Virus record (IMG/VR): IMGVR_UViG_3300049472_000073
Span: 24,155-88,154 of that record
Origin: a virus
Taxonomy: Duplodnaviria > Caudoviricetes
Reading direction: 5' to 3' (one strand)
DNA length: 64,000 nt
Below are positions 37,574 through 47,043 of this stretch, one piece after another (the first letter of the stretch is position 1; each line of letters opens with the position of its first letter). A program made the position numbers and the translations under genes. The notes under the pieces are model-generated. The model worked only from the letters and a program-made list of their open reading frames with translations. It searched no databases and had not been told where the DNA came from.

Positions 37574-37829
37574 TGATTAGTTCCTCTAGGTCTTTATCAA
37601 ACTGTCTTTTGGCTAGTATAACACTTATTGGCTCTTTAGTCACTACATGTTCTAGTGCTACTGAAGCATCATTATCAATACTTGCTAAAGTTCCTACTAA
37701 AAATGGCTGTATTCTGTATACAGGGTGCTCTGCTCCCCCAAACCAATAAGTCAATTTCTCAAAATCAGAATTAGAATGCGCTTCATATTGACCAAGCCAC
37801 CCTAATGCCTCAACAGCATAAACTCTCAT
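37563..37829 (-). CDS. FDxxLEELL-tag family protein
   Basis: ...ILAKRQFDKDLEELINGN*. Confidence 0.8.
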   Translation of the reverse strand: MRVYAVEALGWLGQYEAHSNSDFEKLTYWFGGAEHPVYRIQPFLVGTLASIDNDASVALEHVVTKEPISVILAKRQFDKDLEELINGN

Positions 37830-38911
37830 ACCTTCTCCAGGTCATCTGTCTTGCCTTTATGACAGTAATTAAAATACGGACACTTGCCCCCGTAATAATC
37901 GGTACATGAGCTGGGGTTCTTAAAGAACACTTCCTTCTTAATCATCTCATTAACCACGTTAAAGTTGTCAAGTACCATCTCTTCTACTTTGGGATTGATG
38001 TCATCTAGTATGATGTTAATCTCAGCTTCTAAATTAGTCTTTTCATTCCACTCACCATGACAGCGTTTACCGTTCACATTAGCATCACAGGTCTTAGCTC
38101 TGGAGTACTCACTGTTATCGCATTTAGAGCACACCTTAGTCTTATTACGCTTTAAGTTCTTTAAGTATACAATAAACCCAGCTTTAGGTAGCTGCTCATG
38201 GAGAGCATACAAAGATAACTGTGAACTAGTACGTACACAGTCTTCTTCATAATAGCTCATAGAGCTAGTAGATTTATTATCTAGGACATAGGTGTTACCG
38301 TCATCCATTTCAGCTATCAAGTCAATGACTCCTGTTACAGCGTCACCTTGATCATTTAAAAGCTCTATAGTCTTCTGTACAGCTATTACCTTCTTAATCC
38401 TAGGCATGACCTTATCTTCATAAGCTTTTAGAATGTAGCCAGCTTTACGACGCAATGATAGCCAATTACAGTAGTTAAGATACTTAAACTCAGACTCTTT
38501 GAACTGCCTAAATGCAGCTTGTTTCTTATATACAGCTACTTGCTCATAGGCTTCTAATGGGTCAGTACCCTCTATGCCTAACTCTTCCATAGCTTGTTTC
38601 ATTTTAAATAGGTCAGACTCTTCTAATACTTCTGAGTCATAGTCTCTAGCAGCGTATACAATCTGTGTTGACAGAGGTAGAGAAATCTTTTTACCGTTTA
38701 TAAAGCCATTCTCCCATTCCTTTTCAAATACTTCTAATGGGTCTTTACCGTCTCTAAGTAATAGAGAGTTTAATGCAGTATCAATAGCAGATCCCCACAG
38801 TAGTGCTGCGGAGGTAGTATTAGGACGTAGACGTTCCTTGTAATGTAGGTAATGACTATACCCACACTTTAAATAGCGATTTAATTGCGAGTATGAAAGT
38901 TTATTACTCAT
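37826..38911 (-). CDS. PD-(D/E)XK (RecB/Cas4-like) exonuclease
   Basis: LSYSQLNRYLKCG; TGVIDLI...VLDNKST; SQLSLY; C-terminal C..Y..KCPYFNYC. Confidence 0.85.
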   Translation of the reverse strand: MSNKLSYSQLNRYLKCGYSHYLHYKERLRPNTTSAALLWGSAIDTALNSLLLRDGKDPLEVFEKEWENGFINGKKISLPLSTQIVYAARDYDSEVLEESDLFKMKQAMEELGIEGTDPLEAYEQVAVYKKQAAFRQFKESEFKYLNYCNWLSLRRKAGYILKAYEDKVMPRIKKVIAVQKTIELLNDQGDAVTGVIDLIAEMDDGNTYVLDNKSTSSMSYYEEDCVRTSSQLSLYALHEQLPKAGFIVYLKNLKRNKTKVCSKCDNSEYSRAKTCDANVNGKRCHGEWNEKTNLEAEINIILDDINPKVEEMVLDNFNVVNEMIKKEVFFKNPSSCTDYYGGKCPYFNYCHKGKTDDLEKV

Positions 38912-39140
38912 TTAATAGTTTCTCCAAATCTTCATCGAATTGCTTTGTGGCCATAAATTCTGGACAATAATCAAACATAGCTTCAAAGTCGGTTCTGTAA
39001 TACGTAATACGTTCTTCTATTTTATAAGAAGGCATAGCAATAAAATCAAAACGTACATAAGTGTAGTCAACGCTGGCTATTACTCCCACAATATCTGATC
39101 TTCCTTTAGCTTTATAATAATCTCCTACGCTAATTTCCAT
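38904..39140 (-). CDS. FDxxLEELL-tag family protein
   Basis: ...CPEFMATKQFDEDLEKLLNE*. Confidence 0.85.
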   Translation of the reverse strand: MEISVGDYYKAKGRSDIVGVIASVDYTYVRFDFIAMPSYKIEERITYYRTDFEAMFDYCPEFMATKQFDEDLEKLLNE

Positions 39141-39378
39141 TTAATAGCTCCTCTAGTTCTTTATCGAACTGCTGTATAGCCACATAAGAATGGGCCAGAT
39201 TATCATCATCACACCACTCAAACGGAAACATAACTTGCTCTCCTTCATCCCATGTCCCATAAGGATCATTTCTCATAGTAATAAAATAGGAGCTATTTTC
39301 TCTATTCACTTTATTGATCTTATATACTACTCCGTGACAGTCTTCTACTATATCCCCTACCTTAAACTTTGGCTTCAT
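39130..39378 (-). CDS. FDxxLEELL-tag family protein
   Basis: MKPKFKVGDIV...YVAIQQFDKELEELLNGN*. Confidence 0.85.
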   Translation of the reverse strand: MKPKFKVGDIVEDCHGVVYKINKVNRENSSYFITMRNDPYGTWDEGEQVMFPFEWCDDDNLAHSYVAIQQFDKELEELLNGN

Positions 39379-39382
39379 ATAA

Positions 39383-39610
39383 CTATTCTCCCAGAAGTTC
39401 TGCTAATTGTCTATCAAATTCTTCTACTACAGGATCTCTAGTGCAGGTAAAGTGCTTTAAGATGGTATCTGCCCAGTACGAAGTGGGTACTCCACTTTTT
39501 GTCCTAACCTTCCAGGCTTCATGCTCTAGGGTATCTATGCGGCTAACTATGGTCAGTCTGTCGTCTTCAAAAGCTTCCCATACCTGACCTACTCTAATAC
39601 CGCTACTCAT
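39383..39610 (-). CDS. FDxxLEELL-tag family protein
   Basis: MSSGIRVGQVW...VEEFDRQLAELLGE*. Confidence 0.8.
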   Translation of the reverse strand: MSSGIRVGQVWEAFEDDRLTIVSRIDTLEHEAWKVRTKSGVPTSYWADTILKHFTCTRDPVVEEFDRQLAELLGE

Positions 39611-39950
39611 CTAAAAGCTCCTTTAGTTCTCTATCAAAGCCAGACTCGGCTATTTTCCTGATTAGTAAAGGAGTAAGACCATAAAAAATCCTATGTATAT
39701 CCAATGTAAAACAGAATCTTTTATCGTCTAAAGAACCTACATATTTATAGCCATTTGGTACTTCTATAATAGTATATTCGCATAACTGGTAGTTATCTAC
39801 GAAACTATGCTTAGTTACTGGAGAAAAGCTGGCATTAATAGTGGTAGCTCCTATTCGTAGAGTATTAGATACAGACAATTCACTGTCTACCTCTATACGA
39901 GAAGCACTTATTTCATAAGACCTAATATAATCTGATGGGTCATCACTCAT
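39603..39950 (-). CDS. unrelated domain carrying the FDxxLEELL tag
   Basis: ...ESGFDRELKELLDE*. Confidence 0.75.
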   Translation of the reverse strand: MSDDPSDYIRSYEISASRIEVDSELSVSNTLRIGATTINASFSPVTKHSFVDNYQLCEYTIIEVPNGYKYVGSLDDKRFCFTLDIHRIFYGLTPLLIRKIAESGFDRELKELLDE

Positions 39951-40189
39951 TTTAGTAACTCCTCTAAGTCCTGATCAAACTGATATACTGCCATAGCAGC
40001 TTTTACTTTAGCTTCCGTTATCCTACCCTTTTTCCAGACACCCTTATCATATCCATACAGGATACCGTCTATGATTTTCCAAGGAAAATCTATTACCTCA
40101 TTGTTTAGCTTATTAACAGCTCTACCTGTGTAGTCTGAGTATAAATACGTAGTCCACTGTCCATTATCTATTTCGGCAATAAGCTGCAT
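39947..40189 (-). CDS. FDxxLEELL-tag family protein
   Basis: ...MAVYQFDQDLEELLK*. Confidence 0.8.
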   Translation of the reverse strand: MQLIAEIDNGQWTTYLYSDYTGRAVNKLNNEVIDFPWKIIDGILYGYDKGVWKKGRITEAKVKAAMAVYQFDQDLEELLK

Positions 40190-40331
40190 ATAATTCTCCT
40201 GTTGTGTTTAGTTTAAATTGGGAGACCTTAGCAGGTCAGCCTAACCACTGTAGTAGGTTACACACAAAGGAGGGGTGGGAAAGGGGTCTAGTAATAGACT
40301 ATCAGTGTGCGTAAATAATGTCAACTATTTT

Positions 40332-40955
40332 CTAAATAGTCCATTCCATAGCTTCAGCAATAGTAGGGAACTGTTCTATGAATATCTTTTTAGCGGCCAT
40401 AGCAATGTCCCTGTGTTCTTTTTGAGTAGATGGGTCAGTACGTACTTGAATATAATGTACCCAAGACCTTATAGTACCGTTCATATACAGTTTTGTCACT
40501 GTGTTTAGAGGTAGTAATGTCCTAGCTTGTTCTTTGGCTATGCCTTTAGACAGTGCCTCTTCATACAGTCCATAAGAACTATCCCATACCTGTTTCTGAG
40601 CGTCTACAAACCACTGTAGATCGTCTTCTGACATATCCTCAATACTATTCTGCTTATTCTTTAAGTCCTGCCTACGAGCCGTATAAGACTCATAGGAGGC
40701 TGCTTCAGCATATCTCTGACTGAACTCTTGGAAGCTAAAACTACGGTGCCTTAGTATCTGTGGGCTAATAGCTCTAGTGGTAGTAATCTCTAGGCACATG
40801 CTAGCCATCTCCAGAATGGAGTAGTGATTATGCTTAACGCAGTATCTAATTAACTTAGCGTACTCAGGGTTATCCTGATTAGGGCTAGACACCCTAGCAC
40901 AATAAGCAATATGCTTTTCTGCATCAGGTGTCACATGTACTAATTTTACTTCCAT
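40332..40955 (-). CDS. thyX: FAD-dependent thymidylate synthase
   Basis: HYSILE; [17 protein letters not shown] (ThyX motif); ARTLLP; TQKEHR. Confidence 0.95.
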   Translation of the reverse strand: MEVKLVHVTPDAEKHIAYCARVSSPNQDNPEYAKLIRYCVKHNHYSILEMASMCLEITTTRAISPQILRHRSFSFQEFSQRYAEAASYESYTARRQDLKNKQNSIEDMSEDDLQWFVDAQKQVWDSSYGLYEEALSKGIAKEQARTLLPLNTVTKLYMNGTIRSWVHYIQVRTDPSTQKEHRDIAMAAKKIFIEQFPTIAEAMEWTI

Positions 40956-40963
40956 TGTATCTC

Positions 40964-42817
40964 CTATGTTATTTCACAATTTCCAGAAACGCAAGCGAGT
41001 TGCTCAATACGACTTGTATTGTCCATTTCCTCTTTGACCATACGTAGATCAATCTCTTTTACTAAAGCTGACATATCCTCATAGGTTTCTTTAGAGCAAT
41101 CCTCGAAGGGAGCTTGTTGATAAGTATGACCGTCAAACGGTAACAAAGAAATACCTGAGTATGAGTCTCTACTGTTCCACATTTGTTCACGTAAACTATT
41201 CCACTCGTCTTCTTTAACTGAGATAGTAACAGATACGTTATGCTTATTCAAGCCATCTCTGTGAGTAGGCTCAATCCAATTCTTTCTGTACATTAAAGTA
41301 CGGTCTAAAAGACCTAGTGCTGTCTCTTGGTGACGAGTAATAGCTCCTTTAGGGCTTTCTTGGGGTATTGAAACTACTACTCCACTTGAACTAAATACAT
41401 CGTCCTCTACTAGATCTGGTATAACAGATTTTAAATATACAGCTAGAGCATCGTCTTTATTCATACGAACTCTACGGATATAATAATCAGCATGTCTAGC
41501 ATGAATACCGCTAGAAGATCCTAATACACAGCTAGCAGAGCCTTCTGGTTTTACAGTACCAATTCTAGCGGCTAAATTAATACCTAGCTTACTAGCATAC
41601 TTTTCATTTACCTCTAGTGCCAATGCAGCACCTTTTTGTAGTAACTCAGGAGTCACTACTCCAGCATTATCCGCAATACCAGTAAATGATACTCCAAGTA
41701 ACGCTTCTCTTTCTGTAGTCTGTTGCCAAACAGGACGTAGGTAATCAAAACTAGTATAACTAGCTTGAAGAGTACCAATAAGGGTAGCAGCGTAGACCCT
41801 GTTTAAAAAATCTTTCTCACTTCGTATTCCAGTCTGATTAATAGTAGTTAAGTTACAAAATTGATTAGGGCTTAAAGCTATCTCACAGCAAGGATTAGTC
41901 AATAAATTCAATGAGTTAGACCAGAAGAATCCTGGTTCACCACTATTAGAATCTTTGCACATCTTAAAGATATGATCGAACTCTTCTTTAGTTACTACAT
42001 CTCTTGGAAGTACAACTGAATTGTTAGCTCTGGCTCTCCAAGGAGAATGATTCCACCATTCACCATGTTTCGCTTTTAGCATTTCTTCATCATCTCTATC
42101 AAATAGAGAAATAAGCGCAGCTCTACGTATACCTCCAGCTAATACAGCATCACTAATGATGCATACGATATCATGGGCTTCAATAGGTCTAAGCTTTCTG
42201 CCCATTGCAGCTTTAAGCTTAGCTTCTACCATCTCTAGCATTTTACGCAATGGCTCAGGACCAGGAGCTTTAGCTCCAGTAGTCACTAAGTATGAACCTT
42301 TAGGTCTGATATTACCGAAGTCAAATTGTGGTCTAATGCGTCCTAGAAAGTATGACTCCATTAAAACGTCTAAGGCTTGTGCCCATCCTTGAATAGAGTC
42401 ATGAATTACAAAGTATCCTTCTTCTCTAGGCATTTTGATAGCAGGTAATTGTGATACGTGGTGCTTTTGTACTGAGAAGCCGTAGCCCACCCCAGACAAT
42501 AAAAGATATAAAGCTTCTCCAAATGATCTAATGTCATCAATAGGTGATGCAGAGCAATTAAATAACCTTGCGTTATTTTTGACAATAGCTTCTCCAGAGA
42601 ATTGCATAGAACGCATACTAGGCATTACTTCTAAAGAATGAATACGTTGATAAGATTTAATAATGTCCTTAGATAGCTTAGGAAAGCGGTCTAAGTGCAT
42701 AGTCATGTTACGGTTAATAGTCTCAGCTAGAGACTCTCTTCTACCTAAATGTGGTAGGAATTTTGCATAAGTTCTAAAGGCTACAATGTCACTAAGTAAT
42801 TTATTTGATCCGTTCAT
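40964..42817 (-). CDS. nrdJ: class II adenosylcobalamin-dependent ribonucleotide reductase (RTPR type)
   Basis: FNCS; GVGYGFSV; [10 protein letters not shown]; [10 protein letters not shown]; TNPCCEI (radical Cys); VKPEGSAS; C-terminal CVSGNC. Confidence 0.93.
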   Translation of the reverse strand: MNGSNKLLSDIVAFRTYAKFLPHLGRRESLAETINRNMTMHLDRFPKLSKDIIKSYQRIHSLEVMPSMRSMQFSGEAIVKNNARLFNCSASPIDDIRSFGEALYLLLSGVGYGFSVQKHHVSQLPAIKMPREEGYFVIHDSIQGWAQALDVLMESYFLGRIRPQFDFGNIRPKGSYLVTTGAKAPGPEPLRKMLEMVEAKLKAAMGRKLRPIEAHDIVCIISDAVLAGGIRRAALISLFDRDDEEMLKAKHGEWWNHSPWRARANNSVVLPRDVVTKEEFDHIFKMCKDSNSGEPGFFWSNSLNLLTNPCCEIALSPNQFCNLTTINQTGIRSEKDFLNRVYAATLIGTLQASYTSFDYLRPVWQQTTEREALLGVSFTGIADNAGVVTPELLQKGAALALEVNEKYASKLGINLAARIGTVKPEGSASCVLGSSSGIHARHADYYIRRVRMNKDDALAVYLKSVIPDLVEDDVFSSSGVVVSIPQESPKGAITRHQETALGLLDRTLMYRKNWIEPTHRDGLNKHNVSVTISVKEDEWNSLREQMWNSRDSYSGISLLPFDGHTYQQAPFEDCSKETYEDMSALVKEIDLRMVKEEMDNTSRIEQLACVSGNCEIT

Positions 42818-42839
42818 TTCAACTCCTGTATTGTAATTA

Positions 42840-43352
42840 TTATTCCTGCGCTGCTTTCCAAATTACTTCATCAGTCTCTAAAACATAATTCAAATGCCTC
42901 CCTAATACAAAAAGATAATCAGATAGCCTATTTAGGTATCTAAGTTCGAGACTAACGTCTCTGTCTTTAGTTAATTTTACCAGATTACGCTCGGCTCGTC
43001 TACATATTGCTCTAGAAATAAATGCGTAGCAAGCTGCATTACTACCGTTAGGTAGAATAAAGTTTTTAAGTGTAGGTAACTCAAGATCTAGCTTATCTAT
43101 TTCAAGCTCTAGTAAAGTTACTGAGTCCTCTGACATAGCTACCTTAGCCCCTATTAGTCTAGCACCAATAGTGAATAGATCACTTTGTACTTGACTGATA
43201 AACTCTCTATCATACTGGACTAGTAATCCTAGATTAGAATTTAACTCGTCTATCTCACCAATAGCTACGATTGTATCGTCGTCCTTAGCTACTCTTCCAT
43301 TGCATCCGTATGTAGTTCCAGTATCACCTGTCTTTGTATATAACTTAGTCAT
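42840..43352 (-). CDS. pduO: ATP:cob(I)alamin adenosyltransferase, PduO type
   Basis: LYTKTGDTGTT; IGEIDELNS; QSDLFTIGA; FILP; RAICRRAER; YLNRLSDYLFVLGR. Confidence 0.92.
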   Translation of the reverse strand: MTKLYTKTGDTGTTYGCNGRVAKDDDTIVAIGEIDELNSNLGLLVQYDREFISQVQSDLFTIGARLIGAKVAMSEDSVTLLELEIDKLDLELPTLKNFILPNGSNAACYAFISRAICRRAERNLVKLTKDRDVSLELRYLNRLSDYLFVLGRHLNYVLETDEVIWKAAQE

Positions 43353-43596
43353 TGAGTAGTTCCTCTAGGTCTTTGTCGAATTGTTGTTGGGCTTCGTATA
43401 CATAGGAGGGTGTTGTATGCGCTAGAATCTCATCTATATCTCTATAATAATCTGAGTATTCTAAAAGCTCTGGATAGACGTAGAAGGCAATGCCTTCATG
43501 AACCTGAGCTATTCTTATGATCGTACAAGCAGTCTTAAATTTGTTTGGAGTAGAATGATCTATTACTCTAATCTGACCTTCATAAATACCGCTCAT
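43345..43596 (-). CDS. FDxxLEELL-tag family protein
   Basis: ...YEAQQQFDKDLEELLND*. Confidence 0.85.
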   Translation of the reverse strand: MSGIYEGQIRVIDHSTPNKFKTACTIIRIAQVHEGIAFYVYPELLEYSDYYRDIDEILAHTTPSYVYEAQQQFDKDLEELLND

Positions 43597-43820
43597 TATT
43601 TAAGTAGCTCCTCTAGTTCCTGATCAAATTGTTTTAGTGCTTTATAATGTGGCAGTTCCTTAAAGCTACTGTTGTAGTAAAGATGTATACTCCTACCAAC
43701 AAAGTTATTCTTATCATCATATAGTACATTAAATTCAGATGCCATTCCGTATTCGGCTGACTGTTGACACTCTAAGATATAACCTTGATACTCATATACT
43801 GCTTCTACTTTGGGCTTCAT
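43596..43820 (-). CDS. FDxxLEELL-tag family protein
   Basis: ...HYKALKQFDQELEELLK*. Confidence 0.85.
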   Translation of the reverse strand: MKPKVEAVYEYQGYILECQQSAEYGMASEFNVLYDDKNNFVGRSIHLYYNSSFKELPHYKALKQFDQELEELLK

Positions 43821-44296
43821 GAGTATACAATCTCCTTTACCTTAGCCTTAACTTTCTTTACATGCTGAGATACATTAGCCTCTGTAGTATCTAACTCCTT
43901 GGCTACGTCTCGCATACTCTTATCGTCAATAAATCCTTCTATAATAGCAGTCTCAGTGTAGTTAAACTTCCAATTAGAAAGTCTCTCTAAGTCTTCTTTA
44001 GCTTCATAAAAGTCCTGCTTATAGCTTTGTTTAGATAGATCATCTACCATTTGTGAACTACCTACGTAGTTTATTTGTAATGGCTGTAATCGTCTCTTAT
44101 CTCCTAGCATCCTAAGTACATCTAGTACTATATATCTAGCTCTCTGTGCTAAAAAACTACCGTCTATCTCACCGTCATCATATTCCCATAACCTAATGAC
44201 TACTTCCTGAATAATGTCTTCATTAGTAGGGTCATCAAATTTATACCTTTTAAACAGCGCAGCTTTAGCAATAGAATAGTAATCGTGCATATCCAC
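43817..44296 (-). CDS. sigma70/ECF-like RNA polymerase sigma factor
   Basis: Region 2-like EDIIQEVVIRLW...ARYIVLDVLR; region 4 HTH SMRDVAKELDTTEANVSQH. Confidence 0.75.
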   Translation of the reverse strand: MDMHDYYSIAKAALFKRYKFDDPTNEDIIQEVVIRLWEYDDGEIDGSFLAQRARYIVLDVLRMLGDKRRLQPLQINYVGSSQMVDDLSKQSYKQDFYEAKEDLERLSNWKFNYTETAIIEGFIDDKSMRDVAKELDTTEANVSQHVKKVKAKVKEIVYS

Positions 44297-44298
44297 CT

Positions 44299-44538
44299 CT
44301 ACTTTAATAGTTCCTCTAGTTCTTTATCAAATTTCTTAAGTGCGAAATACTCATTGCACAACTCTGCTTGGCGATTTAGTGACATTCCAAACACTTTATT
44401 AAGTCGGGCTAAGGTCATAGATGAGTCATTACATTCAATAGGAGTGACTGAGTAGTGATCTATGTCTACTTTATCTACTCGGTAAACATTACCGCTATTA
44501 GGAAATCTGAAATAATCACCAACTTTAAATTTTGGCAT
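44299..44538 (-). CDS. FDxxLEELL-tag family protein
   Basis: MPKFKVGDYF...YFALKKFDKELEELLK*. Confidence 0.85.
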   Translation of the reverse strand: MPKFKVGDYFRFPNSGNVYRVDKVDIDHYSVTPIECNDSSMTLARLNKVFGMSLNRQAELCNEYFALKKFDKELEELLK

Positions 44539-44773
44539 TTAGTAACTCCTCTAAATCCTGATCAAAGTCTTCTAATGCCATTGCTTCTACATCTAACTCT
44601 GCTACATTCTCTATTGTTTTAATATTATAGTCATCCGTAATTCCAACCTCATTAGTTGTTTTATTTATCCACTGGAGTGTATACATCTTATGTTTTGAGT
44701 TTATGGCAAGTATGCGGTAGCTAGATGGAACATGAGTTATTTTTATAATATCCCCAGGTTTAAACTTTGGCAT
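44525..44773 (-). CDS. FDxxLEELL-tag family protein
   Basis: MPKFKPGDII...ALEDFDQDLEELLNAKI*. Confidence 0.85.
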   Translation of the reverse strand: MPKFKPGDIIKITHVPSSYRILAINSKHKMYTLQWINKTTNEVGITDDYNIKTIENVAELDVEAMALEDFDQDLEELLNAKI

Positions 44774-45018
44774 TAGTCCTCCTCGATATCGAATAAACTA
44801 TCGTATGCTTTTTCTATTTCAAAGTCTACTTTGTTTATGAAGTCCTCTGGAGACCACGTTCTAATAAACTTCTCTACGTCTACTTCTTTCTTTAAATCAA
44901 ATAGTAACCTAGTCTTGTTAACTAGATCTGTAATCTCAGTCTTAGTTAGCTCTCTTCTTTGAGCATATCTTTTAATGTCTTTACCGTACATAACTTTTAG
45001 CGTCAAGGTATTAAACAT
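44773..45018 (-). CDS. hypothetical protein
   Basis: ORF track. Confidence 0.6.
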   Translation of the reverse strand: MFNTLTLKVMYGKDIKRYAQRRELTKTEITDLVNKTRLLFDLKKEVDVEKFIRTWSPEDFINKVDFEIEKAYDSLFDIEED

Positions 45019-45218
45019 CAGTCCTTCTTTCTTAGTCTATCCTTAGTAACAATAACATCGGTGCCGTTTACACGTACCATGTACTTCCCTGCATAGTCAC
45101 CGTGGTTAATAATTCTAATGAGCATCCCATCAGTCTCACCATAAATCTTATCATTAATGATTAGGTTTAGAACCTTTACTTGTTCGCCAGGTTTAAATTC
45201 GATGTCTTCATTTCCCAT
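45018..45218 (-). CDS. small SH3/KOW-like hypothetical protein without the tag
   Basis: EFKPGEQVKV...YMVRV... Confidence 0.55.
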   Translation of the reverse strand: MGNEDIEFKPGEQVKVLNLIINDKIYGETDGMLIRIINHGDYAGKYMVRVNGTDVIVTKDRLRKKD

Positions 45219-45655
45219 TGGTACGCGCTCCTAATCTTGTTTAGTTTTTCACAATACGCAATCTTTTTAGAAGGCGTCTTACTATGATACCTACAGTACC
45301 AATTAGAGTCAATGTCTTTCTTAGTTCTATGTAACGCTAGTAGCTTAGCTGCGCACCCTGCATTACCCTTTAGAGTCTGTATATCATACTCTTTACAAAA
45401 GGTCTTGTTGACAGAGTTAATCTGAAACAGTCCGTAGTCTGTGGTGCCATTACTATTCAATCTACTTGCTTGAGTATTCATACTACTCTCTAGTATAGCA
45501 ATTGCTACCATAATGTCTGGCTTGATACCATACTTAGCGGCCTTATCTTTAATAACCTTTACTACCTTAGCGTCAGTGAAGTAACCCAATGATGCAATAG
45601 CTCTTAGACTATCAGCCATACAAGTGACTGACAGTAACATTATTAGCCGTATCAT
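45176..45655 (-). CDS. soluble lytic transglycosylase (IagB/SLT type) with signal peptide
   Basis: AIAILESS (catalytic E), DYGLFQINS, YHSKTP. Confidence 0.85.
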   Translation of the reverse strand: MIRLIMLLSVTCMADSLRAIASLGYFTDAKVVKVIKDKAAKYGIKPDIMVAIAILESSMNTQASRLNSNGTTDYGLFQINSVNKTFCKEYDIQTLKGNAGCAAKLLALHRTKKDIDSNWYCRYHSKTPSKKIAYCEKLNKIRSAYQWEMKTSNLNLANK

Positions 45656-45663
45656 GTAGCCTC

Positions 45664-45945
45664 CTATTCGGTCACTAGTTCCTCAGTAAAGTCTTCTGGT
45701 ACTTGTAGCTCATCTGAGGGAGAGGCTGCCTTTAAGGTGCCATATAAATCAATATCTGTGCTACTAAGTAAACGTACATCACTCTTTTCTAACTTGCCAT
45801 AACCATTTTGTAAAACTTTAAATGCCTGTTCTTGTGTCTCAGCAATGGTAACGTCTTCTTCTACTTTCTCTTCCATAAAGTAAACTGGTTTAAGTATCTT
45901 CCAATGCCACTTCTTTGATTTAACGGCCATAATTCTTTCCTCCAA
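45664..45945 (-). CDS. hypothetical protein
   Basis: ORF track. Confidence 0.55.
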   Translation of the reverse strand: MEERIMAVKSKKWHWKILKPVYFMEEKVEEDVTIAETQEQAFKVLQNGYGKLEKSDVRLLSSTDIDLYGTLKAASPSDELQVPEDFTEELVTE

Positions 45946-46005
45946 ATAATCTAAATACGATCTGTAATGATTTTAATACTAAGTATACTGGTACTAATAA
46001 GTATC

Positions 46006-46251
46006 TCATTTTAATAGTTCCTCCAGTTCCTGATCAAATTGCTCAAGTGCATTATGCGTAGTATCTAGTTCCCAACTATCTAAATGACTATGATGAATTA
46101 CTAAAGGGTCTCCAATCCAATCTGTATTTGATGCTTCTAGAGCTATCACTTGTATTGAACGTCCTACTCTTCTTACTTTTGCTAAAGTACACCAAGGGTC
46201 GGATTCCTTTGAGACATATCTAATTATGTCTCCAGCTTTAAACTTATTCAT
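46006..46251 (-). CDS. FDxxLEELL-tag family protein
   Basis: MNKFKAGDII...WELDTTHNALEQFDQELEELLK*. Confidence 0.85.
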   Translation of the reverse strand: MNKFKAGDIIRYVSKESDPWCTLAKVRRVGRSIQVIALEASNTDWIGDPLVIHHSHLDSWELDTTHNALEQFDQELEELLK

Positions 46252-46366
46252 CTGTCATTCCGTCTACTACGCCCATAATGATAGTATCTACTATCAAAAG
46301 CTTTAGCATCCAAAGTACAGTGATTAACCACGGACCAAACACAATAGCCAAAAATAAACCAAACAT
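46244..46366 (-). CDS. small hydrophobic peptide (40 aa), not in the ORF track
   Basis: MFGLFLAIVFGPWLITVLWMLKLLIVDTIIMGVVDGMTDE*; fills the gap. Confidence 0.5.
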   Translation of the reverse strand: MFGLFLAIVFGPWLITVLWMLKLLIVDTIIMGVVDGMTDE

Positions 46367-46789
46367 CTAAAACTCCTTGCCTATTACTGCGTACACTGAC
46401 TTGTTAGTGAAAGCACTGACTCCTAAGTTAGACCCTGTGAAACTAAAGCTATATCCTAATCCCAGACTAGGCTCTAATACGCTCATAATTCGATTACCTA
46501 GCACTTTAATCTCTGGGGCCACACCTACATACCCTCTAAGGTTATGACGCAATGGCAAGGCTTTTAAGACGTTTATAGGCTGTTTCTCTACTACTAAAGT
46601 ATCTGGCTTTAGAAAGACAAGCCTATCTACTGTTTTGTACCTAGTCTTGTATACTACCTGCTTTACTGCTACTGGCCTCTCTACTGCCACGTACTTAATA
46701 GTCTCTATACGCTCTGGCTTTCTGGGCCATAACAGTCCTAACATAAACCCTAGTACTAAATACAGTAGCCTTGTTAATAAGTTTTTCAT
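46367..46789 (-). CDS. membrane-anchored protein with beta-strand-rich C-terminus
   Basis: N-terminal TM helix; alternating hydrophobic pattern ending in F. Confidence 0.55.
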   Translation of the reverse strand: MKNLLTRLLYLVLGFMLGLLWPRKPERIETIKYVAVERPVAVKQVVYKTRYKTVDRLVFLKPDTLVVEKQPINVLKALPLRHNLRGYVGVAPEIKVLGNRIMSVLEPSLGLGYSFSFTGSNLGVSAFTNKSVYAVIGKEF

Positions 46790-47043
46790 TTTAGTAATTC
46801 CTCTAGCTCTTTATCGAATTGTTGTAAAGCCTTATATTCTGGGCATAGAGACCACTCCTTTTCTATTCCAGAAAAACCTATTTCATGCTGCTTACCCATA
46901 CTTACATTATTTTTACTATCTAATACTGTTATAATAGCTGCGTCTTTTAATACCTTATCTATTTTAATCATGCGTACCCAGTTGCGTTTATCACTAAAGT
47001 ATTCAGGTTTTCTAATAAAAACCTGCCCTACCTCATAGGTCAT
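46786..47043 (-). CDS. FDxxLEELL-tag family protein
   Basis: MTYEVGQVF...CPEYKALQQFDKELEELLK*. Confidence 0.85.
   Translation of the reverse strand: MTYEVGQVFIRKPEYFSDKRNWVRMIKIDKVLKDAAIITVLDSKNNVSMGKQHEIGFSGIEKEWSLCPEYKALQQFDKELEELLK

Noticed and set aside
37826-38911. Cas4-like protein as evidence of a CRISPR system
   Set aside because: No array or other cas genes; stand-alone PD-(D/E)XK exonucleases are routine in phage recombination modules.
40190-40330. tRNA or cobalamin riboswitch in the structured gap
   Set aside because: No T-loop GTTCRA or cloverleaf, no B12-box, and the gap lies downstream rather than upstream of pduO/nrdJ.
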